In this document: positions 11,901-21,944 of the stretch, one piece after another
How the letters are laid out: each line of letters opens with the position of its first letter
Position numbering within the stretch: position 1 is the first letter of the stretch
Source: Catajapyx aquilonaris
Lineage: Eukaryota
Direction: 5' to 3'
NCBI GenBank assembly: GCA_000934665.2
Contig: KZ538937.1
Span: 1 to 39,453, forward strand
Length of the DNA: 39,453 bases
Translations under genes and position numbers: made by a program
The notes under the pieces: generated by a model
What the model was told of the DNA's origin: nothing
Seen by the model: the letters and a program-made list of their open reading frames with translations, nothing else
Database searches by the model: none

Positions 11901-14900
11901 AAATTTTTTTCTCGTTTCTTATTGGGAACATGTTCAGAAAATGCAATAGGAACTGACATTGCGTTAAAAAATTCGTCTCAGGAGGATATGTGTGTGAGTG
12001 TGTGTGCCATGATAAATCAATAAAATCAAGGGAGGGGGGTTAGGTAAAAACCACATTGCTGCCCATATTTCCAGTTTCCTTACTTCCCCTCGACCCTGTC
12101 ACGTCTCTGCCCACCATATCCCCCTCGTGCCTACCCCTCCCAGCCTATCTCACCACCCGCTATGGAATTTCCACTTCCCTGAGCCTGGACACCTCCGAAA
12201 GCAAGTTGAACCTGTCATGTGCACCTCTGACAATAAATGTTTTCTCTCTTACGAGTAGTGGAAACTATGTACAAAAGAAGAAAAGGCATGCTTTGTTAAG
12301 GCGTATGTGTTTCAAAAATATGCAGGATGTCCTGATACGCCGTAATTGCTCCAATCTGTGAAAGTTACACTGAATGGGTTTCCCCCCATATGTTTTTTTA
12401 TTTTTTTATTTTTATTTTACGTTACCCCGTGATAAGGCTGAGCCTTTTTAGGGGGGTGGAATACCACCATTTCACTCCATTTTCTGAATTAACTTTATAC
12501 ACCGGTGCAAGGAGACAAGGATGTAGGGTAGGGGTAGGGATTTTTGGGGAGGGAACATAGGTGCAAGTGCAAGATCTGTAAAGGGGTCATGTGCTGTTCC
12601 CCAGGAGGTTAGGTTGCCAGACACCTCCTTGGTGCAGGTCAGAGACCCTCCTGACGCAGGTGAAAGGAAACTTCCCCAGGCGGGGATCGAACCTGGGGCC
12701 TTTCACACAGCAAGCCGTGACGTTACCATCACGGCCACCACACCTCCCCCGGTTTCCCCCCATATGTTAAACAAGCCCATGAAAATTTTTGTGCCAGGAG
12801 TAAACAAGACTGGGAATGGGCCTGGGGAAGCGGAAAAGCACAGTGGGCCAGAATGATACAATAAAATGTTAAAACATTCAATTGGTCACAATCGTCACAT
12901 CATGACGAATGTGGGCCTGCCCAGGCATACCGTTAATTAATGGAGCAACTCAAGTATCTCCTCCTGGCGGAGTTTGTCCTTTACAGGAAGCAGCTTCATG
13001 TAAAGGAAATGCTCTGCAATACTTGTGCTTCTCCATTAATTTCAACCACTGTACTAAGGAATCCAGAATTCAGGCAGGGTGGGGAAGGGAAGTGTGAGAA
13101 TCAACTCGAGGCTGACACACACGTAACTTTGTGCTGAGGTCCCCTCCCTCCAAATATCCCCTCCCTCCAAATGTCCCCTCCCCTGCACCCAGTGACATAT
13201 TACCAATTAGGCCAAGTAGGCACGTGCCTAGGGCGGCAAATTTTAGGGGGCGGCAAAATTTGCCACCCTCTAGAGTCAAGATAATTTTATCGAGGAGAAA
13301 ATTTTGACGCGTGCGAAAATATGTACTTTATGGCGTCACCGTTCATGTGCCGCCCCAAGATGAATCGCCCGATGCTCGAGACCAGTAAGGCGAAAGTCGC
13401 GTGCACCCTTCCCCCCTAGGACAGTGGGGATCTGTGCAGGATCTACAGGCGACTTTCACCCTTACTTGTCTGGGCATCGGCCGATTCACCTTGGAGCGGC
13501 ATAGAAAATGTATAACCCCCAAGATGAAATTCACTGNNNNNNNNNNNNNNNNNNNNNNNNNNNNNNNNNNNNNNNNNNNNNGGGGGGGCAGATAAGGTTA
13601 TGCTTAGGGGCGGCAAAATGCTAAATACGTCACTGCCTGCACCCTCCAGAGAACAGTACCCCAGTTACATTATAGCAGAGAGGTTCTGACACAATAATGG
13701 GCTGACCAACCTAATTGCTGGGAATGCTGAGAAGAGAGATCTGCCATGTTAAGTTGGTAGTGCCAGCCTAAAAGTTACACAATTCAGCCCAAACAATATT
13801 CTTCCAAGCTCATTTCCTCTTTTCTGGAGACCACCAATAATCTAAAATTGATTATTATTTTTGTAGAGAACATATGTTTAATTCTACCTTACCTTTACAT
13901 GGTAATATCACTAAAGAATGGCATTCATTTTCAGGAGAATGCACCTGTTCTCCTGGGTTCCAGGGCAAGTATTGTGAAGATCATTGTGACCCATTCACGT
14001 TTGGGTGGAATTGCTCAAGACAGTGCCGTTGCATAAAGAGTAATTCATTGGGTTGTGATCATGCTACTGGCGATTGCATCTGCAAGTCTGGCTATCAAGG
14101 TTCGGAGATGAATATGAGAAAACAAATGAACAGGATCTAATAAATTTTATTTTAGGTGTCATATGCGAAAATAAATGCCCTCGAGGATCAACATGTGAGG
14201 ACAGATGCACATGTCATAACCATGGTTCATGTGACAGCACTACCGGAGTATGTAATTGTGCAAGAGGATTCACAGGCCCTACCTGTGAAGAGCCCTGTCC
14301 TGATGGCTATTTTGGCCAGAACTGTGAAGAAAGACTTCCAATTCAGTTACAAGGCCTTGCATACAATCATATAACTGGCGAGCCAACATGTGCAGCTGGT
14401 TACATGGGCTTGTTATGTGATCGTCCATGTCCTGCTGGAAAATATGGCCATAGGTGTCAAGGGACATGCCGGTGTAGGATGGGAGGCGAGTGTCACCATA
14501 TTTCTGGTGCCTGCCGATGCTTGCCTGGGTGGTTGGGCGAAGACTGTGGACGCCCATGCCCGGATGGGTCCTTTGGATTCAACTGTACGCAACGCTGCTC
14601 CTGTCTGAATGGTGGGACGTGCCGAACTAATGATGGTGTGTGTCGATGTATGGCAGGATGGACTGGGCCCCATTGTACTGAACGTGAGTTACAGCAGAGT
14701 TGCAGTCATATAACAGCCAAATCTAGTATTCAATGTACTATATATGTATTAGGAAAGATAGTGGGTGTTGTTTGCATTATTTTAAACCATAGTCCTGTAA
14801 AATAAGAATTCTTTACATATATATTTCAGTTTGCCCTGAGGGATTCTATGGTGATCACTGTATGGAGCCATGCCAATGCCCAAATGATAACTTCTTTTGC

Positions 14901-17900
14901 CAACCCATCAAGGGCTGTATATGCCACCATGGATTTAAAGGTAATGTGGCAAACTGTCATTTACTTTGTGGGTACTACTTATTTTCTTCTTATGCAGGTG
15001 AACAGTGCAACATATCTATTCTGAGTTCTCCAGTACAAGCTGAAGTGCAACCAAGTGGACGGGATGGCATGGTTGCTGGTGTGGTATTTGCATTGCTACT
15101 GCTGTTTGTTATTGTTGTGGCTATTATTGTTTATTACCGAAGGCGGCTAAAACGACTCAAGACAGAATTAGCACATGTTCAGTACATTGCTGATCCATCT
15201 TTGGTTCCTGGTATGCTTCCTTTGCTGTTTTCCAAAAAACGAAAAATATACCAGCATTACTATTGCAGATCGGCATCATTTTGACAACCCTGTGTATTCA
15301 TACCAGTCTGTGACTCCTGGAGGAGATGATGGTTCAACAGTGCCGCTCAATAACACAGCCTCATTGTTGCATGTTCGCAATGACCTTAAAGGAAAGAACA
15401 GAACTAACTTGGATAGGCAGAAGAAGGGGGAGGCATCATGTTGTACTGACACTGATGATGATCTGAGCACTCGAGGTAAGTGACCTGAGTGATACTTCTA
15501 ATTATTTAGGTTGCTTTTAATGCCATGGTTTATAGTACAGGATCGTACAAGATATTTATCTTCTTGAAACCTAATCGAAATCTTAGAAATATAAAAATTA
15601 TGAAAAAATATTTTCTGTAATCTTGATTAAATATTAATTTCCTAACCGAAGCAGGTTGGCATAGTGGATAAGGCGCCCGACTGCTAATCGGGAGGTCCTG
15701 GGTTCGAATCCCGGGGCCGGCAACTCTGACCGTGGTTTTCTGTGGTTTCCCACGGTCCTTCCAGGAAAATTCCGGAGTTGCTTCCGTAATTAATAGGCCA
15801 CAGCCACTTCCTACCGTCCCTATCCTATCCCAAAAAGCGCAGTAAAATGAAAGCAAAGAGTTCCAGGCAAAACAAAAAACTTCCCCCCTAAAGAGCCGAT
15901 AGGCTGATAACGGGGTATGAATTAATTATTATTTTTTATTTATTAATATTAATTTCCTATGAGTTCTGCCACCAGTTCTTAAATTTCTGCATTCCCCTTA
16001 AGCTTTTCCATCAGCTGGACACAAATATCGTTAAGTGAACTACGTCAACCTTGACAGTGGAATTATTTTACCTCTTGGCCCAGCGCAAGAGTGTATTCTT
16101 GATCATTGTTTATTACAGGATCAATTGGCTTGCAAATATTAGGTGACATAGCACATGCTCTCTTTGTGGTAGAATCTACATGTAATTACAAAGTATTGTA
16201 ACTTTTTCAGGCGCACATGGAACCCAGTACGACGCATATCCAAGTACCAGCAGCAAGAACATGGAAGCAGATGCTCATAACCCCAACATTAATTTTTACC
16301 ATAGCATTGATGACCTGAAGGATAATAAGAAGGTGGAGCATTTGTATGATGAAATTAAGCAGCAAGAAGCAGCAAGTAAAGATTCTGGTAAGAAGAGGCA
16401 ATATTATTATATGGAAATGAAGTGAAATAACCTTGCCATGAAATTTTGATACAAAGTAGATAACAATCTGTCTTAGAAATGGATATTCTGTGAAGAAGCT
16501 GTTTTATTCCACACTTTTATGAGTGGCTCTAATATGATATGGAGTGTCAAAATTAGGGAATTGTTTCCCAAAATGAATATCTTAACATTCTGATATTGAG
16601 GCTTTTTTGTAATTGGATGCTGTATTACATCGGAATGTGTAGATTCCATTACCATATTTACTTTTACACTACTTGCACATAGGTACTACCAGTGCAATTT
16701 GTGTTGCACTTCGGTGTTAGTTTTATTCACGTGTACTACATTTACTCACCACACATGTAGGGAAAGAGACGTCTCAAGACCTGTTGGCACAAGCTGATCT
16801 AAACTCAACCACTGATTATCTCATTTGTCATTATTCAGATGACAGAAGCAACATTCAAATTACTCCAAATTAGACCATGGCAAATACCACCTTAATTCAG
16901 CATGATGTAAATTGATATACAGGGTGGTCCATTTAAAACTGTTTCTGCTAATATCCTGACAATCATGCATCCAACAAGACCTGCTGCATATGGAATGTGG
17001 GTTGCACCAAGGGGGACACATGATAGTGCTGTGGGGTACATTGTGGATGGCGCCACTGACCGTGACCCGGGGTCAAGGTCACATTCGTCAATGAAAACCC
17101 CCATAATTTTTTGCAGATATTGACACTACATGAAAAGCAAAGACACTTTCACAAGGACTGCATTGGCTATTGAATGCGCCAACAGTGCCAAAAAAAAATG
17201 TTGAAGATGGTGATATTCAACTCTCCGGCATGCAGAGCAATCGCATCATGTCAGCTGGTTATGACCTGCTATGAAACAAATGTTGCAATTACATTACATT
17301 ACATGTCTAATTTGGATTACACCTTCATGTGTCACACCCAAACAAGATCTCATGTAATGTAATTGCAACATTTATTTCATATTGCAGGTCATAACCAAGG
17401 TGAATATCACCATCTTCAACATTTTTTTGGCGCTGTTGGTGCATTCAATTGACAATGTGGTCCCTATGAAAGTGTCTTTGCTTTTCATGTAGTGTCAATA
17501 TCTGCAATAAATTATGGGGGTTCCCATTGACGAATGTGACCTTGACCCCGGGTCACGGTCAGTGGCGCCATCTGGAATGTACCCCGCAGCACTATCCTGT
17601 GTCCTCCTTGGTGCAACCCACATTCCATATGCAGCAGGTCTTGTTGGATGTATGATTGTCATGATACTAGCAGAAACAGTTTTAAATGGACCACCCTGTA
17701 TAATACATAGTTTTGGTGACTGGCGCCGGCGTGAATTAGATTTTACTGACGTTCTCAGGTTCTGCAATCAAAGGCAATCGGAATGTTTGTGGCCACACCG
17801 GCATGAAGTTCTCTAGGCTTGTAACATTGCATAGAAATATCAGAATTTCCCCAATTTTGTTACATATTAAAATAACTACATGCACATATGTAAGAGTTCA

Positions 17901-18939
17901 CATATTTTAACCATTAAATGTGTGTGTATATTTGGGATTGCAAAATTTGAAAGTGTGCATGAATATCTGCATGTTGAGAAACTTCTCACACTGTCATTGT
18001 AGGTAATGATGGATGACTATTAATGATAAAATAAAATGATAGTGCTGCGTGGTGGTCACATTCAACAGCGCAATTGCCATGTCACCTGTGAACCTGAGGG
18101 GGTAATATGAATTCATTCAAGTTTGCCTGACAATCACAAGGCCATATGGGCTAATTTTCATTGAAAATGCAACTTATAGTGTTATTTTGAATATTTTTAG
18201 CCCGATTTAGTTTTTGAACATATGCACAATAATTAGCATAATAGTATGTCAGAGCTGCTTGGAACTGTAGTTGTTGAGGCATCCTTTTTGTATTCGTGTA
18301 CATGTGTGTACAATACTTTACATGTGGGCCCCCTAGTAATCAGTCTGAAAAACAGCTTATGTGATTGAAAATAATCAAGAAACTGTGACCAAGATTTCTG
18401 TCTCTTCGGTTATGAGCACTGACACAAGCTGTTTTTTTTCCATGTTTTACCTTTATTTTTTGTGCCAAATAATTGCTCAATTATGTGCTGGTTATGTTTT
18501 AGTAAATATGGTTGCAGTAGATGACAAAAATTACAGCTGACACTGACACGCCATGCAGTTGTTTCAGTGACATTATCAAGTTTTTATTGCAGCTGATTGG
18601 ACTGCTAGCACAAAGGTTATTTATGTGACAGTATCATTTGGAAAACTCATATACTGATAATATTCACTGCATTCTCACTTCAAATTAAATTACTGCATGT
18701 ACATTTCTTTGTTTTGTTCATGCAGAGTAGTGTATGCTGACATTTGTTTGATATTTTTTTTAGCTTTGACTGCCTGTGCATGAAACGTAACTTTATTTGT
18801 TTCCTGATTTATAGACGAGATGTATGATCATTTGGACTACAGTAGGCCAGCTACGGATCTGAAGCCCCATTATCACCGCATGTGCAACAGTTTGGGGAAA
18901 GATGACAAGTCAAAAGACACTCCACCGGATGAGGAGTGA
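2048..18939 (+). CDS. drpr: Draper / CED-1 / MEGF10-11-like engulfment receptor, 5'-partial; join(2048..2185,2496..2707,8155..8324,10689..10817,10881..10988,13935..14099,14156..14683,14830..14940,14998..15210,15269..15475,16211..16387,18815..18939)
   Basis: Twelve exons with GT-AG boundaries and compatible phases total 2283 nt (760 aa + TGA). Tandem EGF-like repeats, TM helix (VAGVVFALLLLFVIVVAIIVYY, then RRRLKR), FDNPVY, YHSI-x12-YDEI and C-terminal YDHLDYSRP...KPHYHRM match the Draper architecture. N-terminal exons lie upstream of the window. Confidence 0.95.
2496..2707 (+). CDS. drpr: draper exon (EGF: CLEQCPFGYFGKNC...CDANNTK)
   Basis: Acceptor ttcag, donor gtaagt; phase 0/2. Confidence 0.93.
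2853..3292. mobile_element. Tc1/mariner-type MITE (family M1)
   Basis: About 115-bp TIRs starting CAGGGTGAAGGGAAACTCG; TA on both sides. Confidence 0.9.
3443..6020. mobile_element. Non-autonomous PIF/Harbinger-type element (2.6 kb)
   Basis: TIR AGGTCTAAACTCATATC(G/A)ACTTGAAACTACGACTTGTG; TAA at 3440-3442 and 6021-6023; internal inverted arms at about 3855-4190 and 5310-5650. Confidence 0.88.
4463..4805 (+). mobile_element. SINE family B, nested in the PIF/Harbinger element
   Basis: B-box GGTTCGATCCC, (TTA)n tail, TSD TTATTTAGTTCTGA at 4449-4462 and 4806-4819. Confidence 0.9.
6608..7206. mobile_element. Palindromic TA-flanked MITE
   Basis: Arms 6608-6820 and 6963-7206 pair; TA at 6606-6607 and 7207-7208. 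Confidence 0.85.
7209..7505. mobile_element. TA-flanked MITE abutting the previous one
   Basis: About 60-bp TIRs C(A/T)CTCC.A.TCACATAAG.GTGAACCTTTTT; TA at 7207-7208 and 7506-7507. Confidence 0.82.
8155..8324 (+). CDS. drpr: draper exon (EGF: CHPWTGECVCKPGFSG...CTCSA)
   Basis: Acceptor ttcag, donor gtatgt; phase 2/1, completes AT+G from the previous exon. Confidence 0.93.
9268..9874. mobile_element. hAT-type element inside the SINE B head
   Basis: TIRs CAGGCCTATGACAC / CAGCCCCCTGACAC; 8-bp TSD GTTACCAC at 9260-9267 and 9875-9882. Confidence 0.75.
9292..9838. mobile_element. Palindromic MITE (arms about 240 bp)
   Basis: CGGTAGGTTAA...TTAACCTACCG; the arms pair inward to about 9534/9608. Confidence 0.85.
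10689..10817 (+). CDS. drpr: draper exon (EGF: GYLGDDCSKRCPPDRFG...CLCNP)
   Basis: Acceptor aacag, donor gtaatc; phase 1/1. Confidence 0.93.
10881..10988 (+). CDS. drpr: draper exon (EGF: GWTGITCDAPCQEGFYGKNC...CHLTT)
   Basis: Acceptor ttacag, donor gtaata; phase 1/1. Too short for the ORF track. Confidence 0.92.
11097..11985. mobile_element. piggyBac-like MITE with ATAT flanks
   Basis: TIR CCTCCTGAGAC / GTCTCAGGAGG; ATAT at 11093-11096 and 11986-11989. Confidence 0.78.
12395..12750 (-). mobile_element. tRNA-derived SINE family C
   Basis: B-box GGTTCGATCCC on the minus strand, A-rich tail, TSD GGTTTCCCCCCATATGTT at 12377-12394 and 12751-12768. Confidence 0.9.
13190..13635. mobile_element. 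hAT-type MITE (contains assembly gap 13537-13581)
   Basis: CAGTGAC...GTCACTG termini; 8-bp TSD CCTGCACC at 13182-13189 and 13636-13643. Confidence 0.88.
13935..14099 (+). CDS. drpr: draper exon (EGF: GECTCSPGFQGKYC...CKSGYQ)
   Basis: Acceptor ttttcag, donor gttcgg; followed by a 56-nt intron. Confidence 0.9.
14156..14683 (+). CDS. drpr: draper exon (several EGF repeats: GVICENKC...WTGPHCTE)
   Basis: Acceptor ttttag, donor gtgagt; 528 nt, phase 1/1. Confidence 0.95.
14830..14940 (+). CDS. drpr: draper exon (last EGF: CPEGFYGDHC...CHHGFK)
   Basis: Acceptor tttcag, donor gtaatg. Confidence 0.92.
14998..15210 (+). CDS. drpr: draper exon (transmembrane helix and juxtamembrane region)
   Basis: Acceptor tgcag, donor gtatgc; hydrophobic 22-mer followed by RRRLKRLK. 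Confidence 0.94.
15269..15475 (+). CDS. drpr: draper exon (NPxY motif, DRHHFDNPVY)
   Basis: Acceptor ttgcag, donor gtaagt; NPVY at 15286-15297 is the PTB/Ced-6-binding motif type. Confidence 0.94.
15645..15944 (+). mobile_element. tRNA-derived SINE family A
   Basis: A-box TGGCATAGTGG, B-box GGTTCGAATCC, conserved core, TTA-rich tail; 15-bp TSD AATATTAATTTCCTA at 15630-15644 and 15945-15959. Confidence 0.93.
16211..16387 (+). CDS. drpr: draper exon (ITAM-like YHSI-x12-YDEI)
   Basis: Acceptor ttttcag, donor gtaaga; Tyr codons at 16297 and 16345. Confidence 0.92.
16920..17698. mobile_element. Tc1/mariner-type palindromic MITE in draper's last intron
   Basis: CAGGGTGGTCCATTTAAAACTGTTTCTGCTA termini, TA flanks; arms pair to about 17300/17352. 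Confidence 0.92.
18815..18939 (+). CDS. drpr: draper terminal coding exon (DEMYDHLDYSRPATDLKPHYHRM...EE*)
   Basis: Acceptor ttatag, phase 1, TGA at 18937-18939; AATAAA motifs downstream near 19130 and 20502. Confidence 0.92.
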
Positions 18940-20672
18940 TAGCCACACAAAGTTATTTAAGTGGCAATCAATCCATGTGCCAAGTGTGATAGAATAATGT
19001 AATACTCCTTCTAAGGCCATTGAATTGAAAGTGATTCAGTTGCCATGGCCGTGCTAGAACATAAATAATTGTACACATGATGGTATCAGTTTATTAAGAC
19101 AAGCATAAGGTATTCACACTTCGCTTGCAAATAAATTGGCAGTGCTCTAACAATACTGTAATTATACATAGAATATGACCCTAAGTGAACCCATGGCATT
19201 GTGATACAGTTTTCTGCTACGGAGGGTTACACAGAATTATTAATAATGCTCTTATTTGGTTATGTGCATGGCACACTTTTTCCGACAAGTGATGAGGCAG
19301 GGGTAAGTTTGCCAGTGTCCGAAAACATGCTCAGTACAGTACAATAACTCTTCAAGTGATGATTCATAGTGTGGCATGACATTTGATAAAAGTCTGCTTG
19401 GATACAAAAATTCACAGCTGGCTGCTTACCAATACCTTTATACTTGAAGTATTTATGCCTGGCATGGTCAACCAAACGTCACTTTCATTTACCAGGCCAA
19501 ATACAAGTTAGCCAGTAATGTTTCTGAATGTGACGAATGTATTGGAGAATTTTAGTATCAATACTTGCTCATGTTTTAACTACCTGTAATGCCAGTGGTT
19601 TGTAGCTGCCTTGCTGGGAGATAAATTTAATTGTATTTTTTTTCTTTGCTCCCCCACATTCATTGAAAACAGACTGAAAGAACAGCCTTTAGTCAGACAA
19701 AGCCACTGAAACGCATGTTGTTGTGGGCTCTGCCACTGTATGATATTGTATATTCAGATGGAATTCCAAAAGCTAGATATTGTAATATAAACTGACTTAT
19801 GAAATTGTTTTATATACCATAGCTTAATTTTGTATAGGTTATGAGCCTATCACAGTTTTTTGTTGGCTTTGCAAAATTTTATTGTTGCATGATGACTTTT
19901 TCTGAAACAGTTTTAACAGTATTTTTTCTCCTACTCTGTGACACCTATTTTTCCAGTGACATTAACTTTTCATTTTTGTATTTCTCAACTTGGATGCTGT
20001 ATTTGTGCAACACTTAATTTACATCCTCTTTGTGATTCCATTATATTCATTTCATTATTATGTTAGTAATTGAATTAGTAATGAATTAAATTTTACTCCA
20101 AGACATACAAGTATGATAAAGCTGAGTTTTATACTGTAAGGTTTTTAAAATTGATTCTGTTTAACCCAAAATTCGTTGTGATGATCAGTCATGCCCAGCT
20201 ACAAATACATGTTAAAACTTTTTGGTGTGTTTCAGGGTTGTAGTTAGCTTACATCTATAGATAGGGCAAGGGAACAGCAGACATCGTAATGATTTATGAC
20301 AGTTTCTGTGGCCGTGGTTTCTGCATTTATTTTACTACAAGAGAGTGTTTCCTATAGAACCAGAATTAATTTAAATGAATATTATTTGCAACGTTGCATT
20401 GTCTGAAAGTAAGAGGTGCTCAGGCCTTAGCCAATTTAGCTCCGGAAAACAAAATGAGTCTCAGATTTCAAATATGCTGAAAGTTTTTAAATATGATGAC
20501 AAATAAATGCCACTAGGTTTAAGTTGGATTCAACAATCAGCACTTGTCAAGAGTACAGTAGATCCATTACTGCAACATCCATCAGTGCTTCCTGTAACTG
20601 CCAGCATAAGACCCAGTGTGATCGTCTCATTTTGAGAGTATGTGTTCCTGAATAGGTGTCTGCTCACACCAT

Positions 20673-20865
20673 AATTCTCGGATGCACAGGGAAAAGAGCA
20701 TAAGTCAGATTATGTGAAAATGAAGTTAAGTAAAGTGTGTCAAAATGTGTCAAGGCCAGTGTTTTAGAAAATCTGATTTTCTGATACACTGGACACATTT
20801 TGTCACACATAACTCAATTTGCACATTTTCTGACTTATGCTCTTTTCCCCACGCATCCGAGAATT
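20673..20865. repeat. Short palindromic element (probable MITE)
   Basis: aattctcggatgc...gggaaaagagcataagtcaga is inverted at about 20829-20865. Confidence 0.8.
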
Positions 20866-20988
20866 TTTAGTGAGGTTGTTGATAATGATCAATGAAAAAT
20901 TTTGTCATTAGGTTATGTCGTCAAAATTGCATCATATTTGGAATCAGTGATTTATTTCCACTCGCCAAGGACCTAATGCTTCGTTTAA

Positions 20989-21702
20989 CCCCTTCGCTAC
21001 CAGATAGGCCCGAACCACGTATATTTTGGCTTAAGCATACTCCAAAGATACTGACAAGATATTTTACAAATAATAACAGCTACACTTACCCAATCAGGGA
21101 TAACGCTATGAATGTGTCTGGAACAATTTACTCGTCTAGAAGTCCCAAAATTAATTTCCAAAAAAGGCTTTAAAAACTGGAAATCCGAGTACTTCTGACC
21201 AACTGTTAGGTTGATTTAATTATGAAATGCGTTATAATATGCAGAATAACAAGCTTGAGAACCATGCCAGACGAATTTGTTTTGATCGTCGTACTTTGCG
21301 AGAAATAAATTAATACTTGTTTGCGGCTTTCTGGCACTTTGGAAAACTCCAAAACTTATTTGCTTCTCGTGAAGTGCCAGAAAGCCACAAATAAGTATTA
21401 ATTTATTTCTCGCAAAGTACGGCGATCAAAGCAAATTCATCTGGCATGGTTCTCAAGGTTGTCATTCCACATATTATAACGCATTTCATAATTAAATCAA
21501 CCTAACAGTTGGTCAACAGTACTCGGATTTCCAGTTTTTAAAGCCTTTTTTTGGAAATTAATTTGGGGACTTCTACACTTGTAAATTGTTCCAGACACAT
21601 TCACAGTCATAGCTGTTATTATTGTAAAATATCATGTTCATATCTTCGGAGAAGGTGTAAGCCAAAATCTATATGGTTCTGGCCTATCTGGTAGCGAAGA
21701 GG
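20989..21702. mobile_element. piggyBac-type palindromic MITE (TTAA TSD)
   Basis: TTAA-CC(C/T)CTTCGCTACCAGATAGGCC...-TTAA; arms about 340 bp, loop about 30 nt near 21340-21372. Confidence 0.92.
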
Positions 21703-21944
21703 TTAACAAGTTGATGAACGCAGTGTTCGTGATGGGGGATGTCAAGAAGTATAGGAACATGAATCCTGAATCTGCAGTATGGTCTGATGAAAGGTTGACA
21801 TAAGAGCAACAGTAAACATGGCAGTAATTTTGAAGCTCACCATGAATGGACCATCACATGGATCAGACTTTGTAATGCTGTGCAATTGTGATGCAGAACA
21901 GAGAGGCAACAAGTATAACAAGGCAAGAACATGGAGTAAAATAT

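Noticed and set aside
13537..13581. N runs (also 4900-4903, 6261, 26335)
   Set aside because: Assembly gaps next to G/C homopolymers, not biology.
14074..14805. Standalone 243-aa EGF protein
   Set aside because: An internal draper exon with read-through into flanking sequence.
15645..15725. tRNA-Ser(GCT) gene (and similar copies)
   Set aside because: No pairing acceptor stem; each copy continues into a SINE core and tail, mostly with TSDs.
16892..17816. Duplicated ORFs MGV(F/P)IDECDLDPGSR on opposite strands
   Set aside because: They are the two arms of one palindromic MITE. The same applies to the ORF pairs at 9157-9927.
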